A stretch of DNA of 64,000 nt from Macrostomum hystrix (lineage: Eukaryota > Animalia > Platyhelminthes). Below the pieces are notes generated by a model. The model saw only the letters and a list, made by a program, of their open reading frames with translations, was not told the origin of the DNA and did not search any database. Both the position numbers and the translations under genes were made by a program. The DNA lies in contig CATNEN010000025.1 in assembly GCA_950097015.1 (NCBI GenBank), forward strand, positions 1,550,001 through 1,614,000, given 5' to 3'. Positions 46,824 to 61,116 of this stretch are shown here, piece by piece; within the stretch, counting starts at the first letter, position 1; every line of letters starts with the position of its first letter.

Positions 46824-49800
46824 ATGCAAGCCTGGGCCGTGGTAGCCGTGACGGCGCTCAGCCTGGCCGCCCTGCTACTCGCTGCCTATCTGATAATGCG
46901 GCTGCTCTGCCCGCAGAGGCTAGCCGCCCTGTGCGCCATCGGTGAGGAGAAGCTGGCGCTGACTAAAGTGATCGACAGCAGTCGGACTACCTACTATGCT
47001 GCGGTGAGTCGCTAGCTACAGATATGCAAATAGCGCTTATCTGCTTATCCCATCGCTGCCACCATGAGATGTTATTTGCTTAGTCAAACTGTCATCTTGT
47101 CAGTTTGCATGCTTCCGCAAAGTGGTTTATGACAGGTGGACCTGGGACTGTCCGGAAGCCTAGCGAACTAGAAATGTCTGATTCAATGATTACCGCTCCG
47201 GGAATTCCTTGACAAGTAAAAATACACACAAGAATAGCGACGGAGAAAGATGCACTTTTACAGTCACGCCAACCTCATCCTCAAGAAGGAAAATGAGACA
47301 CGCCAACAATATGGAAATTTCTAGCATGCGAGCATCGGAAGGAAATCAGCGACTGCCAAGCGCTCTTCACCCTTGCCTGAGCACACGAAAGACCGCCCAC
47401 GCTGCTGCTGCTTTTCGATTCAAAACGAGACTGGAATTCTAGTACACTTTCAAAGCAGATTTTCTTCACGCAAAGCAGCAAGCCATGCGAGCCTATTTTT
47501 ATCTGCATCCCGTTCGTTCTCAGCATCAATTTGTAGGAAAGTCTGAGGTGTGCTCCAAGGAGATAGCTCCCCGTTAATTGCAATCAACAACTCGGTCTAA
47601 ACACAGCTGCCAGTGCAGCATCGCTTCTAGTCACGCTTCTAGTCTGCTCCTGATTGCACCCGGAGACCACGCTGGTTTGGCTAATTAATCCGCGCCACAT
47701 TGCCGACCCTCCCCCCTCTCTTTCTCCACCGGCGAGACACTGAGGATAGGTTCTCTTCCGAGTTGCAGACTCTTTTCAAAAGAAGGATATGAAACGGAGC
47801 TTCAGTGCCAGCCGCTGTCTGTCTTCATAACAGCTGAGAGGGATATTAAGGTCTCTTTTAATCAGGAAATGCTCTCATACCCCGGTAGGCCGGTTTCTTA
47901 AGCCAAGACCGGGCACCAGTCAGACCAGATCGAAGGAGGGGAGACGGTCGGATGAGATGGTATGAGGTTGGCATGAGAACCTGGGAAGCAACATGCCCCA
48001 GCCAATGCTTTTGTCAAGGCTGGGAGTCTGTGGGATATCATTTCATCTCATTTTCGGCTAGTCTACCCGGTGCCATTCCGGCCAATGCCCTTGGGGTTTT
48101 GAGTTTTTGGCGGGCAAGTTCAGGTCAGAGTGGTCGCGGATCTGTCTAGCTCCCACTGGCGCGTGTGAACTTCTGCTGGTCAATACGGCTTTACGAGTTG
48201 GGTCCGCTCGTTCTATAATTCATTATTTTTGGGACCACTCGAAGCGCAGATCACCCACCTATAGGCATCGATAGTCTCCCTTCCTCTGTCTCTACGCTGT
48301 CTCGCTTCTAAAGCTGGCCTTCCAACTTTTGTCTCCCCTGCCCCGGCTAGCAGTCTTCTATTTGCCGTCGACTAGTGCCTTCGCATCTTTCATGCCCTAT
48401 GGCAAACTCATTACGGACTCCGGGCCTCAATCCGCTGCGAATGTCAATAGTGGCGTGAAGAGTGCTGCTTTGTAAGCCCCCTTATGTTTAAAACCATGTG
48501 CAAGTACGACTTTATGAACTATATGAAGCACAAGCACGTGTAAGTATAGTTATATCCCTCCAGTATCACTGGCTACACTTGACAATCGAGAGCATTTGAG
48601 ACATCGCTGTCGTATAAAAAACTGTCCTCCACCCATTTGCCATTCAGCAACATCCAGAAGCCGGTCAGGTTAATCGGGCCAGCTGCGAGTACAAAGATGA
48701 GCCCGGCGACGGCGGCGGCGACACTTCGGCGAGGCACGGCAGGACCAGTCCGGGCGACACGACCGGTGAGCGGCGGGACCTTCTTGACACTGATTGGTTG
48801 CTGGTTTAGTGGGGCACCGTGCAGCGCGGCAGGCAGTGTACACTGAGGGACAGAGGTTTAGAGTGGCAGGCAGTGTACACTGAGGGACAGAGGTTTAGAG
48901 TGGCAGGCAGTGTACACTGAGGGAAAAGGTTTAGAGTGGCAGGCAGTGTACACTGAGGGAAAAGGTTTAGAGTGGCAGGCAGTGTACACTGAGGGACAGA
49001 GGTTTAGAGTGGCAGGCAGTGTACACTGAGGGACAGAGGTTTAGAGTGGCAGGCAGTGTACACTGAGGGAAAAGGTTTAGAGTGGCAGGCAGTGTACACT
49101 GAGGGAAAAGGTTTAGAGTGGCAGGCAGTGTACACTGAGGGACAGAGGTTTAGAGTGGCAGGCAGTGTACACTGAGGGAAAAGGTTTAGAGTGGCAGGCA
49201 GTGTACACTGAGGGAAAAGGTTTAGAGTGGCAGGCAGTGTACACTGAGGGAAAAGGTTTAGAGTGGCAGGCAGTGTACACTGAGGGAAAAGGTTTAGAGT
49301 GGCAGGCAGTGTACACTGAGGGACAGAGGTTTAGAGTGGCAGGCAGTGTACACTGAGGGAAAAGGTTTAGAGTGGCAGGCAGTGTACACTGAGGGAAAAG
49401 GTTTAGAGTGGCAGGCAGTGTACACTGAGGGAAAAAGGTTTAGAGTGGCAGGCAGTGTACACTGAGGGAAAAGGTTTAGAGTGGCAGGCAGTGTACACTG
49501 AGGGAAAAGGTTTAGAGTGGCAGGCAGTGTACACTGAGGGACAGAGGTTTTGAGTGGCAGGCAGTGTACACTGAGGGACAGAGGTTTAGAGTGGCAGGCA
49601 GTGTACACTGAGGGACAGAGGTTTAGAGTGGCAGGCAGTGTACACTGAGGGACAGAGGTTTAGAGTGGCAGGCAGTGTACACTGAGGGACAGAGGTTTAG
49701 AGTGGCAGGCAGTGTACACTGAGGGAAAAGGTTTAGAGTGGCAGGCAGTGTACACTGAGGGAAAAGGTTTAGAGTGGCAGGCAGTGTACACTGAGGGACA

Positions 49801-52800
49801 GAGGTTTAGAGTGGCAGGCAGTGTACACTGAGGGACAGAGGTTTAGAGTGGCAGGCAGTGTACACTGAGGGAAAAGGTTTAGAGTGGCAGGCAGTGTACA
49901 CTGAGGGAAAAGGTTTAGAGTGGCAGGCAGTGTACACTGAGGGAAAAGGTTTAGAGTGGCAGGCAGTGTACACTGAGGGAAAAGGTTTAGAGTGGCAGGC
50001 AGTGTACACTGAGGGAAAAGGTTTAGAGTGGCAGGCAGTGTACACTGAGGGAAAAGGTTTAGAGTGGCAGGCAGTGTACACTGAGGGACAGAGGTTTTGA
50101 GTGGCAGGCAGTGTACACTGAGGGACAGAGGTTTAGAGTGGCAGGCAGTGTACACTGAGGGACAGAGGTTTAGAGTGGCAGGCAGTGTACACTGAGGGAC
50201 AGAGGTTTAGAGTGGCAGGCAGTGTACACTGAGGGACAGAGGTTTAGAGTTGCAGGCAGTGTACACTGAGGGACAGAAGTGTTAGGTTCAATTTACACAG
50301 AAGGACTGGATGGAGGAGGTGTCAAGGTCGGTACTTCCAAACCCGGCAGGCTCCGAGTACGAGCCTGGTCACAATCTGCCACGCGCCGGCTCAGCCGAGT
50401 CGCTTGCCTCGGACACGTCCGTGATGGACCTGCAGCCGGATGTTTCCCCAGTTGGCCAGGTGGAGGTCGGCCTGGAATACGACAGGGACGCCTCCGAACT
50501 GGTCGTGTCGCTCATCCAGGCCCGAGACTTACCTGGCTGCGGCGGCGCCGGAATCGGTGCCATCGGCGGCGTCGGTGGCGACTCGGAGCCTCCGGATCTC
50601 TGCGCCATTCTGACGCTCCTGCCTGACAGCGGAGGCGGCGGCGGCACCCAGACGAAGCCGGTCCGGCGCAGCCAGAACCCGGTGGTGTTCAAGGAGCGTT
50701 TCCTGTACAGCCTGGAGCCGCACCAGCTGGCGCAGAAGACCGCCCGGGTGCGCCTGCTGGCCGGCCAGAGGCAGCTGGGCGAGACGGAGGTCCGCCTGGC
50801 CGATGTGGACCTGCAGCGGCCGCTGCGCCTCTGGCTCAACCTGCGCGAGCCGGACCAGGTAAGATTCTGAGCGAAGCTGTGCGTGCGAAAACTGACTGCC
50901 TCATTATCTCTCATCTGTTTCAACTCGACACTGGATCTCATGTTTTTGTCATTTCTAGAAGCCGTCTGATCACGGCGAGCTGATGTTCTCACTGAGCTAC
51001 CTGCCCACTGCCGAGCGACTAACTGTGGTCATTGTCAAGGCCAAGAACCTCAAGTGGCCCAGGCCTGACCAGACTGTTGGAGGTGAGATGGCTGCGTTTT
51101 TATCTGAGCTATATTAAACTCGATAGATCTGCTAAATTTAATTGAACTCCATAGATCTGCAAGATTAAATTTAACTTGATAGATCTGCTAGATTCAATTT
51201 AACTTGATAGATCTGCTCGATTTAAGAATATAGTTTTGCTAGATTTAACATAATAGATCCGCTAGATTTAACTTCATAGATATGCTGGATTTAACTTCGT
51301 AGATCTGCTAGATTTAACTTAACAGATCTGTCAGAATTAACTTAATAGATCTGCTAGATTAAAGTACGAGTCGGTAGATCTGCTCAATTAAAGTAGATAT
51401 TCTGCTCAATTAAAGTAGATAGATCCGCTCAATTAAAGTAGATAGATCCGCTAAATTAAAGTAGATAGATCCGCTCAATTAAAGTAGATAGATCTGCTCA
51501 ATTAAAGTAGATAGATCTGCTCAATTAAAGTAGATAGATCTGCTCAATTAAAGTAGATAGATCTGCTCAATTAAAGTAGATAGATCTGCTAGATTAAAGT
51601 AGATAGATCTGCTCAATTAAAGTAGATAGATCTGCTCAATTAAAGTAGATAGATCTGCTCAATTAAAGTAGATAGATCTGCTCAATTAAAGTAGATAGAT
51701 CCGCTTAATTAAAGTAGATAGATCTGCTCAATTAAAGTAGATAGATCTGCTAGATTAAAGTAGATAGATCTGCTCAATTAAAGTAGATAGATCTGCTCAA
51801 TTAAAGTAGATAGATCCGCTCAATTAAAGTAGATAGATCTGCTAGATTAAAGTAGATAGATCTGCTAGATTAAAGTAGATAGATCTGCTAGATTAAAGTA
51901 GATAGATCTGCTAGATTAAAGTAGATAAATCTGCTAGATTAAAGTAGATAGATCTGCTAGATTAAAGTAGATAGATCTGCTAGATTAAAGTAGATAGATC
52001 TGCTAGATTAAAGTAGATAGATCTGCTAGATTAAAGTAGATAGATCTGCTAGATTAAAGTAGATAGATCTGCTAGATTAAAGTAGATAGATCTGCTAGAT
52101 TAAAGTAGATAGATCTGCTAGATTAAAGTAGATAGATCTGCTTGATTAATCTAGAGAGAAATTCTTAACAGCAATTAGTTAAATTTTTGGTACTTAATGA
52201 ATTCCAACATATTTCAATGATTTCTCATGTACTTATGTTAGTGTTTCACCTGCTAGATCCAGTAGTCCATGTATGCAAGCCTAGTCCGCATCAGTCACTG
52301 AGAGCCGAACAGCTGAGAGAGAGAAAAAGCCCGCCTGATCCAATGATCGATTGATCGATGCTTCGTCTACAGCATTTCTGAACGGAAAAGCAATCTTTGA
52401 ATTGTGAGCCTACGAGCTCACAGAGGCTGGAAAATTTCATAATCACTCACTAAGAATTGAAAAGAAAAAAGCGTTTAGGATTGCAATAGGATTTTTTACG
52501 CCCGTTTTGGGCCGTCAAATTCCGAAGAAAAAAAAAGAAAAATACGAAGGAAGGAAAACCGACACAAAAGAATTCGTCCACTTGCCCGAGACTCGGCATG
52601 CGGTGAAAACTATCGCACATTTATATTAATAAAATTAATTGCAATTCAACTGTCTGCCCTGCCTCTATACTCCCGAAAACCGGGCAATCAGGAAACGGAA
52701 GCTGAGCCGTCTATTCCCAACCAACCCTCTGCATTAGTCTCTACCCAACCAGGCCTATTATCTTGCCCGCCGGCTGATGAGATTTGAAGAGATTGCGGAA

Positions 52801-53863
52801 GTAGCGAAATTGCAGTAGCGATGTCAGTCCGTTTATAGAAGTGGGAGAGAAACTTTACGGGAATCTGCGGAATAAATTTTCTCAGCTAGCGAGCAGCTGC
52901 TCCTGTAGACTTGTGTGAGATTGAGCAGATGTGCTTTGCGCCTTTTTCACCTACCTACTCACTATTTTCAACCCGTTTGAGGAAGCATAACCGTCCAGCT
53001 GTCCATCCTATTTAAAATGATTAACTACTCAATGAGTAAGTAGTAAAGTATGTTAATGCAATATATAAGAATAATATTCCGGACAACACACACAGACGTG
53101 CTGGTGAAGGTGCACCTGATTCAAAATGGCAAGCGTCTAGCCAAGAAGAAGACATCGGTGAAGAAGAATGAGAGTCAGCCAACCTACAACGAGGCTATGA
53201 TATTCAACGTGTCCCAGACTAGCCTGTCTGTAAGTGTGACATGACACATGGCTGGCTGAGCCATTACAATTTCGCTTTTTGGTATGATTGTAACCACAAT
53301 TTTTCTGTCCCAACCATCGTCACTGATTGGCTGGCGCCAAAAAGCAGTTTTATTAAAATTCTCTACATCCTACCGAGCTCGCTAATTGGCTAGCGCCTCA
53401 GCGCCCAGTTTGAAATTCAGTTTATAAGTAATTGTACCCTATGATCTTCGCTGATTGGCTGGCGCCGTTTGGTATAACTGAAATTCTCTTACCCTACCGC
53501 CGTCGCTGATTGGCTGGCGCCGTTCAGTATAACTGAAATTCCATACCCCTACCGCCGTCGCTGATTGGCTGGCGACGCCATTCAGATTTATTGAGATTTT
53601 CTACTTTAGTTTTCTCTGACTTGCTTATAGTACTAGGAGTTATATGAAACCGAGCAAAAAACCATCCACCCCACTATTCAACACCCAAGGCTGTTCAACT
53701 GCGCCTAACCGTGGCCGAGATGCGCCAAGATGGCCGACTGTCTAGCATTGGCCACGTGATCATTGGCTCTCAGACCGGAGGCGCCGAGCTGACCCACTGG
53801 CAGCAGATGGTCACCTCGCTGCGCAAGCCGGTAGCCATGTGGCACCATCTACGCAAAAAGTGA
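46824..53863 (+). CDS. SYT12: Synaptotagmin-12-like protein (N-terminal TM, C2A, C2B)
   Basis: Exons 46824-47003 (TM), 50301-50858 ([10 protein letters not shown]; [11 protein letters not shown]2A), 50959-51082 ([26 protein letters not shown]), 53096-53229 (KKKTSVKK...NEAMIF), 53690-53863 (IGHVIIG...[17 protein letters not shown]). A possible extra exon at 48648-48765 is unresolved. Confidence 0.82.
48828..50278. repeat. 36/37-bp minisatellite, SYT12 intron
   Basis: Unit gcagtgtacactgagggaaaaggtttagagtggcag. Confidence 0.96.
51100..52145. repeat. 23-bp minisatellite, SYT12 intron
   Basis: Unit attaaagtagatagatctgct(ca/ag). Confidence 0.95.
53310..53580. repeat. Degenerate ~55-60-bp repeat, last SYT12 intron
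   Basis: Recurring cgctgattggctggcgcc core. Confidence 0.7.
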
Positions 53864-54254
53864 AGAATCGTCTTTAATTGAAGGAAATTGATGTTAATGA
53901 GAAGACAACTTTAACAGACTGCTGCTAAGAATATTTTCGATTGAAATGAAGGCGTCAGTGAATTGAAGATTCTGACGAATTAAACAAAATAGTCGTTCGA
54001 GTTTGTAAAGAAAAAAATAGGAGTAACGGCAAAAGCAATTAGGGATAAAATTGTCAGATTAACTGTCTGTCCTCTTTAACAAAATCACTATTACTGGCCT
54101 ATAGCATCGATATTTTGTTGTGACTAAAATTATTATGACCCATATTATATCGATTTATTTTTATTTTATTAGACTAGTCTTCTAATTAGATCTTTAATAT
54201 CCACTTTTTTGTAAGCGAATTTTACTCACACTTGCTGCTCGCACACCTTGGTAG

Positions 54255-56660
54255 AAGCCTGCAGTTTAGGCTGGTAGGTAGGGTAGACACCAACCTGCAG
54301 TGACTGGTAGGTAGGGTAGACACCAACCTACAGTGACTGGTAGGTAGGGTAGACACCAACCTGCAGTGACTGGTACGTAGTTTAGATACCAACCTGCAAT
54401 GACAGGTAGTTAGGGTAGACACCAACCTGCAGTGACTGGTAGGTAGTTTAGACACCAACCTGCAGTGACTGGTAGGTAGGGTAGACACCAACCTGCAGTG
54501 ACTGGTAGGTAGGGTAGACACCAACCTGCAGTGACTGGTAGGTAGTTTAGATACCAACCTGCAGTGACTGGTAGGTAGTTTAGACACCAACAAGCAGTGA
54601 CTGGTAGGTAGTTTAGATACCAACCTGTAGTGACTGGTAGGTAGTTTAAACACCAACCTGCAGTGACTGGTAGGTAGGGTAGACACCAACCTGCAGTGAC
54701 TGGTAGGTAGGGTAGACACCAACCTGCAGTGACTGGTAGGTAGGGTAGACACCAACCTGCAGTGACTGGTAGGTAGGGTAGACACCAACCTGCAGTGACT
54801 GGTAGGTAGGGTAGACACCAAGCTGCAGTGACTGGTAGGTAGGGTAGACACCAACCTGCAGTGACTGGTAGGTAGGGTAGACACCAACCTGCAGTGACTG
54901 GTAGGTAGTTTAGACACCAACCTGCAGTGACTGGTAGGTAGGGTAGACACCAACCTGCAGTGACTGGTAGGCAGTTTAGACACCAACCTGCAGTGACTGG
55001 TAGGTAGTTTAGACACCAACAAGCAGTGACTGGTAGGTAGTTTAGACACCAACCTGCAGTGACTGGTAGGTAGGGTAGACACCAACCTGCAGTGACTGGT
55101 AGGTAGGGTAGACACCAACCTACAGTGACTGGTAGGTAGGGTAGACACCAACCTACAGTGACTGGTAGGTAGGGTAGACACCAACCTGCAGTGACTGGTA
55201 GGTAGTTTAGACACCAAGCTGCAGTGACTGGTAGGTAGTTTAGATACCAACCTGTAGTGACTGGTAGGTAGTTTAAACACCAACCTGCAGTGACTGGTAG
55301 GTAGTTTAGACACCAACCTGCAGTGACTGGTAGGTAGTTTAGACACCAACCTGCAGTGACTGGTAGGTAGTTTAAACACCAACCTGCAGTGACTGGTAGG
55401 TAGGGTAGACACCAACCTGCAGTGACTGGTAGGTAGGGTAGACACCAACCTGCAGTGACTGGTAGGTAGGGTAGACACCAAGCTGCAGTGACTGGTAGGT
55501 AGGGTAGACACCAACCTGCAGTGACTGGTAGGCAGTTTAGACACCAACCTGCAGTGACTGGTAGGTAGTTTAGACACCAACCTGCAGTGACTGGTAGGTA
55601 GTTTAGACACCAACCTGCAGTGACTGGTAGGTAGGGTAGACACCAACCTGCAGTGACTGGTAGGTAGGGTAGACACCAACCTGCAGTGACTGGTAGGTAG
55701 GGTAGACACCAACCTGCAGTGACTGGTAGGTAGTTTAGACACCAACCTGCAGTGACTGGTAGGTAGTTTAGATACCAACCTGTAGTGACTGGTAGGTAGT
55801 TTAAACACCAACCTGCAGTGACTGGTAGGTAGTTTAGACACCAACCTGCAGTGACTGGTAGGTAGTTTAGACACCAACCTGCAGTGACTGGTAGGTAGTT
55901 TAGACACCAACCTGCAGTGACTGGTAGGTAGTTTAAACACCAACCTGCAGTGACTGGTAGGTAGGGTAGACACCAACCTGCAGTGACTGGTAGGTAGGGT
56001 AGACACCAACCTGCAGTGACTGGTAGGTAGGGTAGACACCAACCTGCAGTGACTGGTAGGTAGTTTAGACACCAACCTGCAGTGACTGGTAGGTAGGGTA
56101 GACACCAACCTACAGTGACTGGTAGGTAGTTTAGACACCAACCTGCAGTGACTGGTAGGTAGTTTAGACACCAACAAGCAGTGACTGGTAGGTAGTTTAG
56201 ATACCAACCTGTAGTGACTGGTAGGTAGTTTAAACACCAACCTGCAGTGACTGGTAGGTAGGGTAGACACCAACCTGCAGTGACTGGTAGGTAGTTTAGA
56301 CACCAACCTGCAGTGACTGGTAGGTAGTTTAGACACCAACCTACAGTGACTGGTAGGTAGGGTAGACACCAACCTGCAGTGACTGGTACGTAGTTTAGAT
56401 ACCAACCTGCAATGACAGGTAGTTAGGGTAGACACCAACCTGCAGTGACTGGTAGGTAGGGTAGACACCAACCTGCAGTGACTGGTAGGTAGTTTAGACA
56501 CCAACCTGCAGTGACTGGTAGGTAGGGTAGACACCAACCTACAGTGACTGGTAGGTAGGGTAGACACCAACCTACAGTGACTGGTAGGTAGGGTAGACAC
56601 CAAGCTGCAGTGACTGGTAGGTAGAGTAGACACCAGCCTGTAGTGTTGGTGTCTGATAGG
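54255..56660. repeat. 33-bp minisatellite
   Basis: Unit gtgactggtaggtagggtagacaccaacctgca. Confidence 0.97.
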
Positions 56661-57582
56661 TAGTTTGAATGTAAGGCACATTACTTTGTGTTCGCCATTG
56701 CTTCAATAAGCATAACAAACTTGTGTTGTGAAGCTATATATTATTTTCTAGACGGTTTTAACTGATTACCGAACAGCCTTTATTTCCGAAAATTAAAAAT
56801 AAAAGCGTTTGAATGTCTGGCTTGTAAACTGGAGACAATTTGCACCCAAGTGTATGCTATATTTTATTTTTTGTCCCTGTTCTGTGTTCGTGTTTTTGTG
56901 TGCATTTAAATAATTCTAGATTATTTACCATTAACAGGTCACGCTATGATTGTATCTGTAGTACAGTTGAAGAACTTTAGATGTTTGAATCCAACTGAGT
57001 ATAAGACAAGTTAGTATATTACAATCTTTATATAATTGTATTTAATCGTTAATCGTTAAATAGTGTCACCTGTTTCATCATTCCATAATATTTTTTCTTC
57101 TTTATATTGTCCTGTCAATTGAACAACTAGTGGAAACTCTAAATTATATATTCAGTCTTAATTTAAAAACTTATTTTTCACCTTTTTTGCTTCAAGAGTT
57201 CATTACCTATGTCCCTTCATTGACTCATCCGTTTATGAAATCACAGCACAGTTGCGACCTGCACTAATCAGAATTTTAATGCTATAATGATAGTTCTATA
57301 GTTCTGTTCTGTTGTGTCATAATCATATGAGAGTTATATTCTAAATCACAGTTTACATTTTTAAGATCGTGCGCCTCGAATAGAAATCGAATTTCCATTA
57401 CGCGTATAGCAATTAAAACAAAGTTATTTTCTGTCAGATATCCTAGCTTACCTTTCTCGTATAAAAAGTACACTAATGACTGGTTGTGTCGCACAAAACA
57501 ATATTCTGTTTGTCTTTAAACTTCAATCTGTTTTTTTATCAAATAAGTATATGCGAAAAACAACTAAAAATCTCGTTCTACA

Positions 57583-59040
57583 AAAGGGTAATTATCTACA
57601 AAGTTAGCTACTTATCCAGAAGGGTAATTATCTACAAGGTTAGCTACTTATCTAGACGGGTACTTATCTACAAAGTTAGCTACTTATCCAGACGGGTACT
57701 TATCTACAAAGTTAGCTACTTATCCAGAAGGGTACTTATCTACAAAGTTAGCTACTTATCCAGAAGGGTACTTATCTACAAAGTTAGCTACTTATCCAGA
57801 CGGGTACTTATCTACAAAGTTAGCTACTTATCCAGAAGGGTAATTATCTACAAAGTTAGCTACTTATCCAGACGGGTACTTATCTACAAAGTTAGCTACT
57901 TATCCAGAAGGGTAATTATCTACAAAGTTAGCTACTTATCCAGACGGGTACTTATCTACAAGGTTAGCTACTTATCCAGAAGGGTAATTATCTACAAAGT
58001 TAGCTACTTATCCAGACGGGTAATTATCTACAAAGTTAGCTACTTATCCAGAAGGGTAATTATCTACAAAGTTAGCTACTTATCCAGAAGGGTAATTATC
58101 TACAAGGTTAGCTACTTATCCAGAAGGGTAATTATCTACAAAGTTAGCTACTTATCCAGAAGGGTACTTATCTACAAAGTTAGCTACTTATCCAGACGGG
58201 TAATTATCTACAAGGTTAGCTATTTATCCAGACGGGTAATTATCTACAAGGTTAGCTACTTATCCAGACGGGTAATTATCTACAAAGTTAGCTACTTATC
58301 CAGAAGGGTAATTATCTACAAGGTTAGCTACTTATCCAGACGGGTAATTATCTACAAGGTTAGCTACTTATCCAGACGGGTAATTATCTACAAAGTTAGC
58401 TACTTATCCAGAAGGGTAATTATCTACAAGGTTAGCTACTTATCCAGAAGGGTAATTATCTACAAAGTTAGCTACTTATCCAGAAGGGTAATTATCTAAA
58501 AAGTTAGCTACTTATCCAGAAGGGTAATTATCTACAAGGTTAGCTACTTATCCAGACGGGTAATTATCTACAAGGTTAGCTACTTATCCAGACGGGTAAT
58601 TATCTACAAAGTTAGCTACTTATCCAGAAGGGTAATTATCTACAAGGTTAGCTACTTATCCAGACGGGTAATTATCTACAAGGTTAGCTACTTATCCAGA
58701 CGGGTAATTATCTACAAAGTTAGCTACTTATCCAGAAGGGTAATTATCTACAAGGTTAGCTACTTATCCAGACGGGTAATTATCTACAAGGTTAGCTACT
58801 TATCCAGACGGGTACTTATCTACAAGGTTAGCTACTTATCCAGACGGGTACTTATCTACAAAGTTAGCTACTTATCCAGACGGGTACTTATCTACAAAGT
58901 TAGCTACTTATCCAGACGGGTAATTATCTACAAGGTTAGCTACTTATCCAGACGGGTACTTATCTACAAAGTTAGCTACTTATCGAGAAGGGTAATTATC
59001 TACAATGTTGGCTACTTATCCATACGGGTACTTATCCACG
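57583..59040. repeat. 36-bp minisatellite
   Basis: Unit gggtaattatctacaaagttagctacttatccagaa. Confidence 0.97.
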
Positions 59041-59499
59041 AAGGAAGAGAGAGTTACATATCAAGAAAATTACAATGAGTAGACACAGCTTTGAAGGCTT
59101 AGTTTACGTTATTATCTACCGATGATCAATAAATAAATGAGAGAACGAGGGACTCATAAATCATAGCTGATATATTTGAAGAAGTTAACGCTAATTAATA
59201 AAACAACAACGGTAGCGACATAATAAATATGACAACAGACAAAGCGAGAAATAATTTAACAGAAACAGAAGAAATCAACACAGGTTTGGGAGTAGCGAGA
59301 ATTTTGTATAAAAAGGACGCTGCAAGCAAATATGAGTAATTTTGAGTAACTATATCATGACGATATGTCAAGTCAATGCAAAAATTGTCATAGGAATTAA
59401 TTATGACAAGCGCAGCAGCAGCAGCAGCAATCATAAAACTTATCAAGAAAACTTAAAAATTAATATATTGTAAACGAGTAAATTCTGCTGGAAACCCAA

Positions 59500-60370
59500 A
59501 GCCAACTGGGCTTCCACCCATTGGAAACCAATCAGCTCTTTGGCTTCCACCCACTGGAATCCAATCAGCTCTTGGGCTTTCACCAACTGGGAACCAATCA
59601 GCTCTTAGGTTTCTACCCACTGGAAACCAATCAGCTCTTGGGCTTGCACCAACTGGAATCCAATTAGCTCTTTGGTTTCTACCCACTGGAAACCAATCAG
59701 CTCTTAGGTTTCTACCCACTGGAAACCAATCAGCTCTTGGGTTTCTACCCACTGGAAACCAATCAGCTCTTTGGCTTTCACCCACTGGAATCCAATCAGC
59801 TCTTGGGCTTCCACCAACTGGAAACCAATCAGCTCTTGGGCTTGCACCAACTGGAATCCAATTAGCTCTTTGGCTTCCACCCACTGGAAACCAATCAGCT
59901 CTTGGGCTTTCACCCACTGGAAACCAATCAGCTCTTGGGTTTCTACCCACTGGAAACCAATCAGCTCTTGGCTTTCACCCACTGGAAACCAATCAGCTCT
60001 TGGGCTTTCACCAACTGGAAACCAATCAGCTCTTTGGTTTCTACCCACTGGAAACCAATCAGCTCTTGGGCTTTCACCCACTGGAAACCAATCAGCTCTT
60101 TGGCTTCCACCCACTGGAAACCAATCAGCTCTTTGGTTTCTACCCACTGGAAACCAATCAGCTCTTGGGCTTTCACCCACTGGAAACCAATCAGCTCTTG
60201 GGTTTCTACCCACTGGAAACCAATCAGCTCTTGGGTTTCTACCCACTGGAAACCAATCAGCTCTTGGCTTTCACCCACTGGAAACCAATCAGCTCTTGGG
60301 CTTTCACCCACTGGAAAACAATCAGCTCTTGGGCTTCCACCCACTGGAAACCAATCAGCTCTTGGGCTTA
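59500..60370. repeat. 32/33-bp minisatellite
   Basis: Unit cccactggaaaccaatcagctcttgggctttca. Confidence 0.95.
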
Positions 60371-61116
60371 CACAAATTGTGAATTTTAAGCCTTTTTGCT
60401 TCTACTCATTAGAAATCTGATCAAATGAAATAGACATAATTAAACTGATATTGCAAAAATGTTTAAAAAGTACATATTAAATAAAATTTTAGAACTACAA
60501 AAATAGAAAATGATTAGCAAGCATTTTTGTGAAACAATCAAACGAAAGAAATATAAAAACGCAGCAGCAGCAGCAGCAGCAGCAGTCGTATGCTTATTTA
60601 TAGAAAAAACGAGTTGTGCTAAATTATAACAAATGATAGATCTGTCTTGTCGCAGACCAATTAATAGAAAAAGTCAATCAAGATTAGAATAGAAAAGAAT
60701 ATTAAAAACGTTGGAAAACCATCTGTTTTATTGTTTTTGTTTGTTTGCTATACTTGCGTGTCTGATATGGCTAGTAAAAGAACGACAAACAGACAGTCAG
60801 CACTAATATTATAGAGAGTAATTTTAATAGTAATCTCTAAAATTCATACATTACACATGGAAAACTTGTTTAAAATCTTTTGTTTTTTTGTTCTATTTTT
60901 AGAATGAGAGAAGAACAAACGCATACTACTACTTAGTAAAATCAGAATTGAAGTAGTATCTTACTGGAGAGTGGTAGGGAGTTAAAAAACAGACACTCAG
61001 GATGTGGCTTTGAATGGAACAATAGCCCATTAGAGCATGCAAATATATTGATTTTTGAGTCGCTAAAGTTAGACTAGAATGCAATTCGGAAAGTCAATTT
61101 TTTATCGGAACTAAAA

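Noticed and set aside
54222-60420. 819-aa, 337-aa and other repeat ORFs (LVSTLPTSHCR, VIIYKVSYLSRR, etc.)
   Set aside because: Same artefact: pure tandem-repeat translations with no unique domains or splice support.
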